Shown piece by piece: positions 1 through 10,917 of a DNA stretch of 64,000 nt. The DNA is taken from positions 42,263 through 106,262 of the forward strand of contig JAHFFE010000002.1 of the NCBI GenBank assembly GCA_023248155.1. Direction: 5' to 3'. The stretch's first letter is position 1, and each line of letters begins with the position of its first letter. The notes under the pieces are model-generated. The model was not told where the DNA came from, did not search any database, and was given only the letters and a program-made list of their open reading frames with translations. Made by a program: the position numbers and the translations under genes. Source of the stretch: Candidatus Omnitrophota bacterium (GTDB taxonomy: Bacteria; Omnitrophota; Gorgyraeia; 1-14-0-20-64-10).

Positions 1-2163
1 TTTCATGACGCGCGCGCTTTTGACCACCTGCGGCAGAAACATTTTTCCCTGGCCGAACAGGTCGCCGACAATTTTCATGCCGGCCATCAGCGGTCCTTCA
101 ATAATCGAGAGCGCCCGCGGGTATCGCGGCATAATTTCGGCCAGGTCCTGGTCGATAAAGTCGGTGATGCCGTTGACCAGCGCGTAGGAGAGCCGTTCTT
201 CGGCTGTTTTTTTGCGCCACTCGGCCTCTTTCTTTTCCGCTTTGGCGCCGGCCCCTTGCTGCAGCCCTTCAGAATATTTCAGCAGCCGCTCGGTCGCGTC
301 GGGACGGCGATTGAGCACCAAATCTTCGACCAGCTCCAGCAGGTCCTTCGGAATTTCTTCGTAGATCGTCAGCAATCCCGGGTTGACGATGCCGGTGTCC
401 ATGCCGGCCCGGATCGCGTGGTACAGAAAGCAGGCGTGGATCGCTTCGCGCACCACATTGATGCCGCGGAAAGAAAAGGAGATGTTGCTGATTCCGCCGG
501 TGATATGCGAAAGCGGAAACCGTTTCTTCAGTTCGCGGCAGGCCTCGATATATTCCAGCGCGTAGTTGTTGTGCTCATCCATGCCGGTCCCGACCGTCAG
601 CACATTCGGATCGAAGAAAATATCTTGAGGAGGGAAACCAACCTCTTCGGTCAGGATTTTGTAGGCGCGCGCGCAGATCGCCACTTTTTGCTCAGCAGTG
701 GTGGCCTGGCCTTTTTCGTCGAACGCCATCACGACGGCGGCGGCGCCATACCGGCGGATCAGCCGCGCCCGCTGCAGAAACGGTTCCGGACCTTCCTTCA
801 AGCTGATCGAGTTAACGATCGATTTTCCCTGAAGGCATTGAAGCCCCGCCTCGATCACCGACCATTTCGACGAGTCGACCATCACCACGACGCGGCTGAT
901 TTCCGGTTCGGATCCGACCATGTTTAAAAACCGCGTCATCGCCGCTTCGGAATCGAGCAGGCCTTCGTCAAGGTTTACATCAATGATGAATGCGCCCGAT
1001 TCGATCTGCTGTTTGGCGACGCGCAGCGCCTCCTCGTAATTGCCCGACAGGATTGCTTTCGAAAATTTGGGAGAACCGGTGATGTTGGTCCGCTCGCCGA
1101 TGTTCGTGAAGTTGATTTCCGGCCGCAGCGCCAGCGGTTCCAGTCCGCTTAAGCGGGTGACCGGTTCCGGGTGCGCCGGTTTTCGCGGCGCCTTGTCGGC
1201 AACGGCCTGCGCGATGGCGGCAATATGATCCGGCGTGGTGCCGCAGCAGCCGCCGACGATATTTACCAGACCGCTGGCGGCGAATTCTCCGACGAGCGCG
1301 GCCATCGACGCGGGCGTCTCGTCGTATTCGCCGAACTGGTTCGGCAGGCCGGCGTTGGGATAAGCGCTGATGAAACAATCGGCCGCGCGCGACAATGTTT
1401 CGATGTGCGGCCGCATTTCAGCGGCGCCCAACGCGCAGTTCAAGCCGACGGCCAGCAGGTTGCCGTGCGCGACCGAATTCCAGAATGCTTCCGGTGTTTG
1501 TCCCGACAATGTGCGGCCGCTGCGGTCGGTGATCGTGCCGCTGATCATCAACGGCAGTTTCTTGCCGGTCTTTTCAAAATGGGAGAGCGCCGCGAAAATC
1601 GCCGCTTTGCAGTTGAGCGTATCGAACACCGTTTCAATCAGCAGCAGATCGGCGCCGCCATCGTCGAGTCCGCGGATCTGTTCGGCGTACACTTCTACCA
1701 GCTGATTGAAATTGACGGCGCGGAAACCCGGGTCGTTTACATTGGGGGAGATTGACGCGGTTTTGTTCGTCGGACCAATTGCACCGGCCACGAACCGCGG
1801 TTTGTTCGGATTCCGGTCGGTGGCCTGATCAGCCGCCGCGCGCGCCAGCCGGGCGGCGGCGACATTCAGGTCATAAACATGGCTCTCGAATCCGTAATCA
1901 GCCATCGAGAACCAGTTTGAGTTGAAGGTATTGGTTTCGATGATATCGGCGCCGGCCGCCAGATATTTGGCATGAATTTCCTGAATGATTTTTGGCTGCG
2001 TAAGAACCAGCGCGTCGTTGTTGCCTTTTAACGACGACGGATGATTTTTGAAAAGATCACCGCGGTAGCCGGCTTCATCCAGTTTGTAGCCCTGGATCAT
2101 CGTGCCCATGGCACCGTCGAGAATCAGGATCCGTTTTTGAATTGCGTCGAGGATATTCTTCAT
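1..2163 (-). CDS. metH: B12-dependent methionine synthase, N-terminal part (runs off the left edge)
   Basis: ATG at 2163 reads [24 protein letters not shown]...[12 protein letters not shown], with GGCCGT and [10 protein letters not shown] motifs. Absent from the ORF track because it has no stop in the window. Confidence 0.97.
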   Translation of the reverse strand, partial: MKNILDAIQKRILILDGAMGTMIQGYKLDEAGYRGDLFKNHPSSLKGNNDALVLTQPKIIQEIHAKYLAAGADIIETNTFNSNWFSMADYGFESHVYDLNVAAARLARAAADQATDRNPNKPRFVAGAIGPTNKTASISPNVNDPGFRAVNFNQLVEVYAEQIRGLDDGGADLLLIETVFDTLNCKAAIFAALSHFEKTGKKLPLMISGTITDRSGRTLSGQTPEAFWNSVAHGNLLAVGLNCALGAAEMRPHIETLSRAADCFISAYPNAGLPNQFGEYDETPASMAALVGEFAASGLVNIVGGCCGTTPDHIAAIAQAVADKAPRKPAHPEPVTRLSGLEPLALRPEINFTNIGERTNITGSPKFSKAILSGNYEEALRVAKQQIESGAFIIDVNLDEGLLDSEAAMTRFLNMVGSEPEISRVVVMVDSSKWSVIEAGLQCLQGKSIVNSISLKEGPEPFLQRARLIRRYGAAAVVMAFDEKGQATTAEQKVAICARAYKILTEEVGFPPQDIFFDPNVLTVGTGMDEHNNYALEYIEACRELKKRFPLSHITGGISNISFSFRGINVVREAIHACFLYHAIRAGMDTGIVNPGLLTIYEEIPKDLLELVEDLVLNRRPDATERLLKYSEGLQQGAGAKAEKKEAEWRKKTAEERLSYALVNGITDFIDQDLAEIMPRYPRALSIIEGPLMAGMKIVGDLFGQGKMFLPQVVKSARVMK

Positions 2164-2196
2164 CGGACTAGAGAATCAGTATAACAAATAACAAAT

Positions 2197-3408
2197 TTAT
2201 CCGGCGAATTTCCGGGCGATCAACGCCGTGCAAACGCCCAGGTAAGTGCCGAGCAGGTTTCCCAGGATTGCCATCAGCAGGCCGATCGTTGCCATCGCCG
2301 GAGAAAATGCCGCGCCGACCATCGGCGCGGAGACGGTTCCGCCGATGTTTGCCTGCGAGGCGGCGGCCACCAGTCCCAGCGGCGCCCGGAACAGAAACCG
2401 TCCGGCTGAAAATAAAATCAGTCCATGAATAACAATCCAGGTCAGTCCTACTGCCAAAAAAACCGGTGTTTGGAAAACAGAGGCCAGGTCGGCGCGCGCG
2501 CCAATCGTGGTCAGCAGCAGGTAGAGCAGAAATTGCGCGGCCGCCGCAGTCCGGGTGCCGGCCTGTTTTCGCAACGGCGTGGCGGATAACATTAATCCGA
2601 GTGCTGTAACCAGAAGAATTGTCCAGGTGGTTGCGCTGAAACCATTGCCTAGGATTGGCAGACGCTGCGCAATTTTTTGCGCACTGATTGATAGCGCGAT
2701 GCTGAGTCCGATCAATAGAATAAAATCGCCCGAAGGGGAGCTGATGGCCGGGCCGCTTGTCCCGCCCAGCGAGCGGGACTGCACTATTGGAAGTCCTTCG
2801 CTCCCACTCGCTACTACTCGTGGACCGTGCCCGCTTAGGCCTTCCGATGCCCGCTCATCTTCTCCCCTCCGAACGATTTTTCCCCATGTTGTTTCCCATT
2901 TTGCGCTGTAGATTAGCAGCGCCATCCAGCTGTAAGCGACCGCCGCATCGACGATCACCAGTGGTCCCAGCAAACTGTCGGGCATATTCAGCGCTTCTTT
3001 TACGGCCAGCATATTGGCCGATCCGCCGGTCCAGCTTCCGGTTAATGCGCCGATTGCGGCCCAGCTTCCGTCGGGAAGCCATCGCCGGTAAATCCAAAAA
3101 CTAATCAACCCGCCGGCCATTGTTCCTACGCATCCGGCCAGCATCACGCCGATGGCCGATCCCGATAATTTCCGCAGCGCCGGCAGATCGGTCTCGATCA
3201 AAAGCAAAATCAGGCAGACCGGCAGTAATTGTTTTGAGCCGAATAGATAGAGACTGCTTTCGTGCGGGATCAGCCCTGCGGTGGCGGCCAGCATCGGCAG
3301 AAAATAACACCAGAACGGGACCGGCGCCCACTTTAACCAGCGCTGTTTCATCAACAGCAATACAAGTCCGGCCAGCAGAATTCCTAAAACGACGGGGGAA
3401 TGAATCAT
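2197..3408 (-). CDS. DUF819-family multi-pass membrane protein (putative peptide transporter)
   Basis: GSWTGGSANM and ASQANIGG motifs, many TM segments, overlaps the epimerase stop. Confidence 0.85.
   Translation of the reverse strand: MIHSPVVLGILLAGLVLLLMKQRWLKWAPVPFWCYFLPMLAATAGLIPHESSLYLFGSKQLLPVCLILLLIETDLPALRKLSGSAIGVMLAGCVGTMAGGLISFWIYRRWLPDGSWAAIGALTGSWTGGSANMLAVKEALNMPDSLLGPLVIVDAAVAYSWMALLIYSAKWETTWGKIVRRGEDERASEGLSGHGPRVVASGSEGLPIVQSRSLGGTSGPAISSPSGDFILLIGLSIALSISAQKIAQRLPILGNGFSATTWTILLVTALGLMLSATPLRKQAGTRTAAAAQFLLYLLLTTIGARADLASVFQTPVFLAVGLTWIVIHGLILFSAGRFLFRAPLGLVAAASQANIGGTVSAPMVGAAFSPAMATIGLLMAILGNLLGTYLGVCTALIARKFAG
2722..2880. repeat. Palindromic element in frame within the DUF819 gene
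   Basis: aaaatcg-cc-cgaaggggag-c-tgatg pairs with catc-tt-ctcccctccg-aa-cgatttt; inner stems agcgag/ctcgct and ggact/agtcc. Confidence 0.7.
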
Positions 3409-4457
3409 CCGTTGCGCGATAGCACAGTTAATCGGGAGCCCTCGGTTTTGAAGCCCGGGTTCCCGCCTGGATTTTTTACCAGCAGGTGCGAATCGAGGTC
3501 GATAAAATCAAATGCGCCGGTTCCGCAGGCCAGCGCCACGCTGGGCCAAAGCCCGATCGCCGATTCTGCCATGCAGCTGATCATTAATTTCAGATGGGCT
3601 TTGCGCGCCATCGCGATAATTTCCAGTGCTCCCGAAAGACCCGATTTCGCCAGTTTTACGCAAACCGCCGATGCCGCTTTCTTGCGGATAATTTTCCGCG
3701 CATCGGCCGCGCTGCGAGCTGATTCATCGGCGCAGACCGGAATTTTCAGCGCCTGCGTCACTTTTTTCAATTCCGTCAGCGCTTTTTTGGGCACCGGCTG
3801 TTCCAATAGATCCACCGGCCATGATCGGTCCAGTTGTTTCATAAACGCAAGTGTGGCCGCGGCGTTGCGGAAACCCTGATTCGCGTCGAGCCATAACCGC
3901 GCGCGGGGCGCTGCCGCATGCACCGCTTGAATCCGCTGAAGATCACCGTCAGCATCTCGGCCGGTCAGCTTGATTTTAAATGTACGGAATCCGCGCTGAT
4001 AAGCGGATCGCACCGCTCGGGCCGCATCGGCGGTGGGCCAGGCCGAGATCGTTAACGCCGTCGTGACCGATCGTTTTTTTCCGCCGAACTGTTTCCAGAG
4101 AGAAGTTTTGTTTGTGAGGGCAAAGGCATCGCGCAGCGCGCATTCCAGCGCGGCCGCTGCCGTCGGATAATGGGACAGTTTTTTCCAGCTGTTGCGGATC
4201 AATTTGGGATATTTTGAAATCGGTTTTCCGATGAGATCTTTTTTTAATCCGGACAGTGCGCGGCTCATTGCCGCTTGCGTTTGGTCGGGCCAGGCCAATG
4301 AGGCGGACGCTTCGCCGATGCCGGTGGTTTCATCGGACAATCTGATTTTTACCAGCAGATTCCGGCTCTCAGTCTTTTGTCCGCGCGCCGTGATAAAAAT
4401 CTGTTTCATCGGCAGGTTCCAGCGGAGAAGCTGGATTTTAATAATGCGCGGGGTCAC
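3405..4457 (-). CDS. L-Ala-D/L-Glu dipeptide epimerase (enolase superfamily)
   Basis: FKIK, LDANQG, EQP, ADES, VKLAKSG and DLD motifs. Confidence 0.9.
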   Translation of the reverse strand: MTPRIIKIQLLRWNLPMKQIFITARGQKTESRNLLVKIRLSDETTGIGEASASLAWPDQTQAAMSRALSGLKKDLIGKPISKYPKLIRNSWKKLSHYPTAAAALECALRDAFALTNKTSLWKQFGGKKRSVTTALTISAWPTADAARAVRSAYQRGFRTFKIKLTGRDADGDLQRIQAVHAAAPRARLWLDANQGFRNAAATLAFMKQLDRSWPVDLLEQPVPKKALTELKKVTQALKIPVCADESARSAADARKIIRKKAASAVCVKLAKSGLSGALEIIAMARKAHLKLMISCMAESAIGLWPSVALACGTGAFDFIDLDSHLLVKNPGGNPGFKTEGSRLTVLSRNG

Positions 4458-4536
4458 CCCACCACCTCCATCCGTACCAACAGTACGGTTTCGTTCCGAA
4501 ACATGAAACGGAGTTTCATAGATAGAGGTGGTGGGG
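4457..4536. repeat. Four-way-junction palindrome filling the intergenic space
   Basis: ccccaccacctc/gaggtggtgggg closing stem around hairpins ccgtac/gtacgg, tttcg/cgaaa and atgaaac/gtttcat. Confidence 0.8.
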
Positions 4537-5499
4537 TTATTCCCAATTTAAGTAAGTTCCATAGTCAACCTGGCGGTCCGGCTCTTCGCGCAGCCGTTCA
4601 TCCAGATCGATTTCGCGCACCGTTTTTCCGGTGTTGGGCGCTTCAATCACGCGGTTGTTTCCACTATAGAGCATCACATGGGTGACTTTTTTGGAATTTT
4701 TCGGATCAAATAGAAAAACAAGATCGCCCAGCCGGAGTAGACTCCGTGAGGTTTTATCGCAGTTCATCCATTGTTCATGCGCATCCCGCGGCAGGAGAAG
4801 GTTATTTGCCTGATAGATCAGCCCGATTAACCCCGAACAGTCAACGCCGGTATGCGGAGGAGACGGTTGTTGCGGATCGTACCCGCTGCGGCCTCCCCAA
4901 TAATAAGGATCTCCCAAAAAGAGGCGCGCGGTCTCAACAATTCTCGGATAAAGCAGTTCTTGGGATGATTGAATTTCCTCAATCCGCTGCTGGGGGAGCG
5001 CCTGATTTTCATGGATCCAGGTCTGCGTTCCGTCCAGCAGACGCAGTTTCCACCAGCCATTTTCTTTTGTTCCAGTCAGATGCGTTCCAATTGAGAAACG
5101 AATGAAGACCGGTTCTTTGTCCGATGGTTTTAAACGGGCGTCCGCTTGTTTCGCCGTGATCGTTATTTTTGGAAACCAGTTGTTTTGATCGCTCACCACC
5201 GCCGTTTTGCGGATCCAGCCGGGGTATCCTTCCCAGCGCTGATGGTGCGTGAATTCCTGTTGTTCGGGGCAGAGAACGCGCAGCCAATCACCGCGTTCTT
5301 CCAAAACGCGTACCGGATCGCCGTAGAGAAGCTGGGTTTCTTCAAGCGGGTCATGGTTCCGTTCAGCCGGCGGGTCCGACGGTTCTGTCCTTACATCGGC
5401 TACCGGCACGCAGATCCGTCCGTTGTATGGGAACGAAGCTCCCTCCGCTGCCGTCAGCGCGAAAAAAAATAATAAAATAAACGCCGGAATGCGAACCAT
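4537..5499 (-). CDS. SH3-NlpC/P60 (C40) gamma-D-Glu-diamino acid endopeptidase, YkfC-like
   Basis: Signal peptide, ETQLLYGD, PYYWGG, GVDCSG, PRDAHEQ, HV. Confidence 0.92.
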   Translation of the reverse strand: MVRIPAFILLFFFALTAAEGASFPYNGRICVPVADVRTEPSDPPAERNHDPLEETQLLYGDPVRVLEERGDWLRVLCPEQQEFTHHQRWEGYPGWIRKTAVVSDQNNWFPKITITAKQADARLKPSDKEPVFIRFSIGTHLTGTKENGWWKLRLLDGTQTWIHENQALPQQRIEEIQSSQELLYPRIVETARLFLGDPYYWGGRSGYDPQQPSPPHTGVDCSGLIGLIYQANNLLLPRDAHEQWMNCDKTSRSLLRLGDLVFLFDPKNSKKVTHVMLYSGNNRVIEAPNTGKTVREIDLDERLREEPDRQVDYGTYLNWE

Positions 5500-5554
5500 A
5501 AATTTATTATCCCACGAAAAACATTCACGCTTCTATTCTGGTATAGTGGAAGCC

Positions 5555-6328
5555 ATGTTCCGGTCAGTCGTGAAATCCGCGTCTCTTTTTCTGCTGGCAT
5601 TTTTCGTTTCTGCGTTGCCGGCGCGGGCCGTTTCTTTGGAAAGCCTGACCGACTCCGAAAAACAACTGCGCATTTCCATCTTCAATAAAGTCGATCCGGT
5701 GCTTGCCAAGAAAAAAGAGAAGGGGACTGCGCCGTTATTTACCTACCGGCAGTTTTACGCGCCGTTGAACAAGAAGGAACGGGCTTTTCTGGACGAAATC
5801 CGCGCCGTGGATCCGGACAAAATCGAAGGAGCCAGCCGCCCATTGCCGCCGCCCGCGCCCGATACGGAATTTGTTCCGCTGGGTAAGCAAGTGACGATTC
5901 GCGACGGAAAATCGATCAAGCTGGATCCGCAATATCTGCCGAGGGCCGTTTACGATGCGTATCAGGCGATGATGGCCGCGATGGAAAAAGAGATTGGCAA
6001 ACGGCTGCTGGTCGAGTCAGGATACCGTTCGCCGGCCTATCAGCTGTACCTATTTTTGTTCTATATGCCGAAGCATGATTTCTCGATCCGCGAGACGAAC
6101 CGCCATGTGGCGCTGCCCGGTTGCAGCGAGCATGGCAGTCCGGCGCGGCAGGCAATCGATTTCATTACGCCGGGCGGCATCAACGGCGAGGATCATCCCG
6201 AAGAGTTCGAAGCGCTTGAAGAATACCGCTGGCTGCAGCGCCGCGCGAAAAGTTTCGGTTTTTATCTGTCATATCCGCGCGGCGGAAAATCGGCGTTCGA
6301 ACCCTGGCACTGGCATTATGAGCAATAA
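5555..6328 (+). CDS. M15B family carboxypeptidase (VanY/LdcB-like)
   Basis: Signal peptide, SGYRS, ALPGCSEH, AIDF, EPWHW; start moved to ATG 5555. Confidence 0.9.
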   Translation: MFRSVVKSASLFLLAFFVSALPARAVSLESLTDSEKQLRISIFNKVDPVLAKKKEKGTAPLFTYRQFYAPLNKKERAFLDEIRAVDPDKIEGASRPLPPPAPDTEFVPLGKQVTIRDGKSIKLDPQYLPRAVYDAYQAMMAAMEKEIGKRLLVESGYRSPAYQLYLFLFYMPKHDFSIRETNRHVALPGCSEHGSPARQAIDFITPGGINGEDHPEEFEALEEYRWLQRRAKSFGFYLSYPRGGKSAFEPWHWHYEQ

Positions 6329-7637
6329 CGGTCAATTAAAACGGTCGCTCGGTTTGGTCGACGCCACGTCGCTGGTGATTAGCTGCGTGATTGGCGTCGG
6401 AATTTTCCGCACCGCTGCCTCCGTCGCCGCGCATGCGCAAGCCCCCTGGGTTGTTCTACTGGCCTGGGTCGTCGGCGGCGCGCTCTCATTTTTGGGCGCG
6501 TTGTGCTATGCCGAGCTGGGCGCCGCCTATCCGCAGGCCGGCGGCGATTATATTTATCTGTCGCGCGCCTACGGCCCCTGCGTCGGATTCCTGTTCGGGT
6601 GGACAAAAATATTGATCGAACGGATCGGCACCATCACCATTTTGGGCATCGTCTTTGCTGATTACCTGTCGCGGCTGGTTCATTACGGCCCCGATGTTTC
6701 CCGCGCGGTGGCCACGGCCGCGATCCTTTTGCTGACCGGCGTGAACATTCTGGGCGTTCATCTGGGGAAAAACCTGCAGAATTTTCTGGCCGCGCTTAAA
6801 ATCGCGGCGCTGCTGTTGATCATCGGCGTCGGGTTGTTTTCCGGCGGCGCGCACTGGGATTATTTAAGCACCAGCACCGTTGTCCGGATCAATGCGCAGT
6901 CGATCCAAATGTTCGGCATGGCGCTGGTTTTTGTTTTCTGGACCTACGGCGGATGGGAAGCCTCGGCCTATGTCGCTGAGGAGGTGAACGATCCTGCCCG
7001 CGTTCTGCCCTGGTCGATCCTCTATGGATTACTGATCATCACCGTTCTCTATCTGACGGTGAATATGGTTTATATGCTTTATGTTCCTCTGTCGCAGATG
7101 CCGGGCAAGCCGCTGATGGCCGCCGAGGTAATGAAACAGGCGCTCGGTCCCTGGGGTGAAAAGGGGACTTCGCTGATGGTCGCCTGTTCGGCGCTGGGAG
7201 CGCTCAGCGCGATGGTGATGACCAGCAGCCGCATCTTGCTGGCCGTCGGACGCGATCATGCGCTGATGAAACCGATGGCCGCCATTTCAGAAAAAACGCA
7301 TACGCCGGTCCGCGCGCTGCTGTTTAACGGAGTGGGCGCGGTTGTGCTGCTCTGGATCGGAACGTTCGACCAGATCGTCACCTATTCGACAGTCGCCATC
7401 GCCATTTTCTCGTCGATGGCCGCTTTTTCGGTGATTGTGCTGCGCGCGAAAGATCCGCAGACGCCGCGCCCGTATAAAGTCTGGGGTTATCCGGTAACGC
7501 CAGTGCTGTTCACGGGGGCGATGACGCTCTTTATCGGCAACGCGGCGCTGACATCGCCAAAAGATGCCGGTATCGGGTTCCTGCTGGTGCTGCTGGGAAT
7601 TCCGTTGTATCTTTTCTCGCGCTCTCTAAGAAAATAA
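6318..7637 (+). CDS. APC-family amino acid permease
   Basis: LKRSLG, IGVGIF, CYAELG, AGGDY, YGGWE, RPYKVWGYP. Confidence 0.93.
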   Translation: MSNNGQLKRSLGLVDATSLVISCVIGVGIFRTAASVAAHAQAPWVVLLAWVVGGALSFLGALCYAELGAAYPQAGGDYIYLSRAYGPCVGFLFGWTKILIERIGTITILGIVFADYLSRLVHYGPDVSRAVATAAILLLTGVNILGVHLGKNLQNFLAALKIAALLLIIGVGLFSGGAHWDYLSTSTVVRINAQSIQMFGMALVFVFWTYGGWEASAYVAEEVNDPARVLPWSILYGLLIITVLYLTVNMVYMLYVPLSQMPGKPLMAAEVMKQALGPWGEKGTSLMVACSALGALSAMVMTSSRILLAVGRDHALMKPMAAISEKTHTPVRALLFNGVGAVVLLWIGTFDQIVTYSTVAIAIFSSMAAFSVIVLRAKDPQTPRPYKVWGYPVTPVLFTGAMTLFIGNAALTSPKDAGIGFLLVLLGIPLYLFSRSLRK

Positions 7638-7691
7638 AACCGATGGGGGATTGTCTGTTTTTAAACGTTTCATTAATAAAGGAGAATCACA

Positions 7692-7841
7692 ATGACAAAA
7701 TCAATTCTGGCACTCGTGGCGGTTTTGGCAGTGGCGGCGGTTGCAGTGAGCGGCTGTTGCTCGATGAAGAAAAAATCGTGCGATCCGAAAAAAATGAACA
7801 GCTCATCGAGCGCCTGCTGTGTCCCCAGCGCAAAGAAGTAG
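7692..7841 (+). CDS. 49-aa Cys-rich lipoprotein (below the ORF-track cutoff)
   Basis: AAGGAG RBS; MTKSILALVAVLAVAAVAVSG-CCSMKKKSCDPKKMNSSSSACCVPSAKK with lipobox VSGC. Confidence 0.8.
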   Translation: MTKSILALVAVLAVAAVAVSGCCSMKKKSCDPKKMNSSSSACCVPSAKK

Positions 7842-7853
7842 GATTAATTTACT

Positions 7854-10103
7854 ATGCCCCGGCCGAGCGGATGGCGCAGTTCCGTTGGCCGGGTTCTTTT
7901 TCTGCTGATTTTGACGGCCGGCTGCCGCACTGCGGGACTAACGCCGGTGAATCCTGAGGCGGAAATGCATTCCAACCGGTTAGCGCGCGAAAAAAGTCCC
8001 TACCTGCTTCAGCACGCCCATAACCCCGTCGACTGGTATCCCTGGAGCGACGAGGCGTTCGAGAAAGCCCGCCGCGAAAACAAACCTATTTTCCTGTCGA
8101 TCGGTTATTCAACCTGCCATTGGTGCCATGTGATGGAGCGCGAATCGTTCGAGAACGATGATCTGGCCGCGGTTCTGAACGCGTCATTCGTTTCCATTAA
8201 AGTCGATCGCGAAGAACGGCCCGATATCGACGGCATTTATATGCAGGCCGTGATGCAGATGACCGGGCATGGCGGTTGGCCGCTTTCTGTTTTTTTGACA
8301 CCCGACAAGAAACCGTTTTATGGTGGAACTTATTTTCCGCCCGAAGACCGCTGGGGCCCGCCCGGATTTAGATCACTGCTGCGCGGCGTGATGAACGCCT
8401 GGGAAAACAAGCGCGCTGAAATCGAAAAATCGGCCAGCGGCATGACCAAAGCGTTGGCGCTCGGCGAAGAAGGGCAGGCGCACCCGCCTGAATCAGAACC
8501 TGCCGGGCGCGCTGTTTTTGACCGTGCATTCATGGCGCTGGAATCGGTTTACGATTCCGTTCACGGCGGTTTTGGAGATGCGCCCAAATTTCCGCGCCCG
8601 CACCTGCTTTTTTTTCTGAACCGCTACGCGCGCCGCGCCAAAAATCCGCGCGCGCTCGAAATGGTCGAGGGAACATTGCGCGCGATGGCTGCCGGCGGGA
8701 TTTGCGATCAGTTGGGCGGCGGCTTTCACCGCTACTCCACCGACGCGCATTGGCACCTGCCTCATTTTGAAAAAATGCTGTATGACCAGGCGCTGCTGGC
8801 CATCGCCTATCTGGAGGCCTATCAGATTACGGGGAAACAAGAGTATGCCCAAACGGCGCGCGCTATCTTCGATTATGTTCTGCGCGATATGACCTCTCCG
8901 GAGGGCGGGTTTTATTCGGCCGAAGATGCGGACAGCGCCGTTGATGCCAGCCAACCGAAGCGCAAGCATGAAGGGGCTTTTTATGTTTGGATGGCGAAAG
9001 AGATCGAGCAGCTGCTGGATTCCGAATCGGCTGCTGTTTTTTCTTACGCCTATGGTATCGGCTTGCACGGTAATGTGACCGAAGATCCGACGGGCGAATT
9101 TCCCGGTAAAAATCATTTGTACCGCGCACGCTCTCTAACCGAGACGGCGCAGCATTTCAAAAAACCGGAGCCGGAAATCGAGTCCATATTAAAGGAAGCT
9201 CGCGTGAAACTATTGCAGGTTCGCACCGGCCGGCCGCGTCCGCATTTAGACGATAAAATTCTTGCCGACTGGAATGGTTGGATGATTGCCGCATTCGCGC
9301 TGGGCGGCCGCGTTTTGCAGGAGCCGCGCTATACGCAGGCCGCCGAACGCGCGATGCAGTTTATTCTGCGTTCGATGGTTCGCTCCGACGGGCGTCTGCT
9401 CCATCGTTGGCGCGGCGGGGAAGCGGCCATTCCGGCAATGCTCGATGATTACGCATTTTTGGCGCATGCATCGATTGAGCTGTATCAGACCACCGGAAAA
9501 ACAACTTATTTAGCCAAAGCCGTCCATTGGACGCGCCGCCAGATTGAACTGTTCTGGCAGGAGGAACCGGCCGGATTTTTTCTCACCGCGCATGATGCCG
9601 AACAGTTGCTGCTCCGTCCGAAGGAATGGACCGACGGCGCGATCCCATCGGGCAATTCGATGGCCGCGGTTAATCTACTCCGCCTCGGGCGGATGACCGG
9701 CGAATCTGATTTTGAGAAACGGGCTGAGCAGATGCTTCGCGCGCAGTCGGCCGCGATCACGCGCAACCCGACCGCTTATCCGCAGGCGCTGGCCGCGCTC
9801 GATTTTTTGTGGGGGCCGACGCGCGAACTGGTGCTGGCCGGTTCTGCCGACGATCCTGTTTTCCAGCGGATGCGCGCCTGGACCGACCGCACATTCCTGC
9901 CGGACACGATCGTCTTGTATCACACGGCCGATGCCGAGGGCCAAGCGCTCGAGAAGGTCGCTCCGTTCGTAAAACCGCAAATTGCGCCGGCCGGCAAGAC
10001 GGCCGCCTACCTCTGCGAGGGCCGGACCTGCCAGGCGCCTGTCGGGGAACTGGATTCGTTGAAACAGCGGTTTGAATTTCCTTCGGCCGATCAGGTACAA
10101 TAA
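7854..10103 (+). CDS. Thioredoxin-domain protein, YyaL/SPATA20 (DUF255) family
   Basis: [40 protein letters not shown]. Confidence 0.95.
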   Translation: MPRPSGWRSSVGRVLFLLILTAGCRTAGLTPVNPEAEMHSNRLAREKSPYLLQHAHNPVDWYPWSDEAFEKARRENKPIFLSIGYSTCHWCHVMERESFENDDLAAVLNASFVSIKVDREERPDIDGIYMQAVMQMTGHGGWPLSVFLTPDKKPFYGGTYFPPEDRWGPPGFRSLLRGVMNAWENKRAEIEKSASGMTKALALGEEGQAHPPESEPAGRAVFDRAFMALESVYDSVHGGFGDAPKFPRPHLLFFLNRYARRAKNPRALEMVEGTLRAMAAGGICDQLGGGFHRYSTDAHWHLPHFEKMLYDQALLAIAYLEAYQITGKQEYAQTARAIFDYVLRDMTSPEGGFYSAEDADSAVDASQPKRKHEGAFYVWMAKEIEQLLDSESAAVFSYAYGIGLHGNVTEDPTGEFPGKNHLYRARSLTETAQHFKKPEPEIESILKEARVKLLQVRTGRPRPHLDDKILADWNGWMIAAFALGGRVLQEPRYTQAAERAMQFILRSMVRSDGRLLHRWRGGEAAIPAMLDDYAFLAHASIELYQTTGKTTYLAKAVHWTRRQIELFWQEEPAGFFLTAHDAEQLLLRPKEWTDGAIPSGNSMAAVNLLRLGRMTGESDFEKRAEQMLRAQSAAITRNPTAYPQALAALDFLWGPTRELVLAGSADDPVFQRMRAWTDRTFLPDTIVLYHTADAEGQALEKVAPFVKPQIAPAGKTAAYLCEGRTCQAPVGELDSLKQRFEFPSADQVQ

Positions 10104-10107
10104 TTAT

Positions 10108-10446
10108 ATGGGCAATCCTAACAAACCGACCCGCGCGCGCGATCCGCGCATTGCGGCCGTCGTCAATCAAAACGGGTGTACCGGCTGCGAGGCCTGTCTG
10201 ACCGTTTGTCCCGTCGACTGCATCGAACCGGTTCCGGGGCCTGATGCTCAACAGCCGGCTGTTTTACGGCTGGTTGAAATCGACCAGGACCGCTGCATCG
10301 GCTGCGGACTCTGCCCGAAAATCTGCCCCTGGGATACGATCACCATGGAACCGTATCCGGCTTCGCGTGAAATCGCGGTGGCTTATACGCTGCGCTCCGT
10401 CGTGCCCGGGCACGCGGCCGGCGTTCCTTCCGAGATGATCGGTTAG
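10108..10446 (+). CDS. 2x[4Fe-4S] ferredoxin
   Basis: CTGCEACLTVCP and CIGCGLCPKICP. Confidence 0.92.
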   Translation: MGNPNKPTRARDPRIAAVVNQNGCTGCEACLTVCPVDCIEPVPGPDAQQPAVLRLVEIDQDRCIGCGLCPKICPWDTITMEPYPASREIAVAYTLRSVVPGHAAGVPSEMIG

Positions 10447-10917
10447 ATGACCACTTATCTGACGAAAGCCGGCATCCTCAAGCTTGAGGAGGAAATCAAA
10501 CAGCTTCGCAAACAAAAAGCGGAATTAACCGATGAGGTCCGCAAAGCGCGCGAACATGGCGACCTGCGCGAGAATGCCGAATACCATGCGGCCAAGGAAC
10601 GATTAACACAGGTGGTCGAAAAGCTGGGCGACCTTCAATTCAAGATGGTTGACGTCACGGTGGTCGATCCATCGCAGCAAAAAGCCGATATGGCTGTTCT
10701 GGGTATGCGCATCAAAGTAAAAGACCTCACCACAAAACAGACCGATGAATATACGCTGGTCGGCCCCGACGAGACCGATGCCGCCGCCGGAAAAATCTCC
10801 ATTCAGGCGCCGCTGGGCCGCGCTTTCCTGGGCCATAAAGTCGGTGAAAAAATAACCGTCGCTCTTCCGGCCGGGCCCCGCCCGTTTGAAATTCTCTCCA
10901 TTAAAATCGCCGACTGA
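10447..10917 (+). CDS. greA: Transcription elongation factor GreA
   Basis: HGDLRENAEYHAAK and ISIQAPLG. Confidence 0.96.
   Translation: MTTYLTKAGILKLEEEIKQLRKQKAELTDEVRKAREHGDLRENAEYHAAKERLTQVVEKLGDLQFKMVDVTVVDPSQQKADMAVLGMRIKVKDLTTKQTDEYTLVGPDETDAAAGKISIQAPLGRAFLGHKVGEKITVALPAGPRPFEILSIKIAD

Noticed and set aside
5-1755. Plus-strand ORFs (256..927, 1171..1755 and others)
   Set aside because: Shadows of metH on the minus strand.
4457-4536. Cloverleaf as a tRNA
   Set aside because: No TTC T-loop, D-loop GG or 7-nt anticodon loop.
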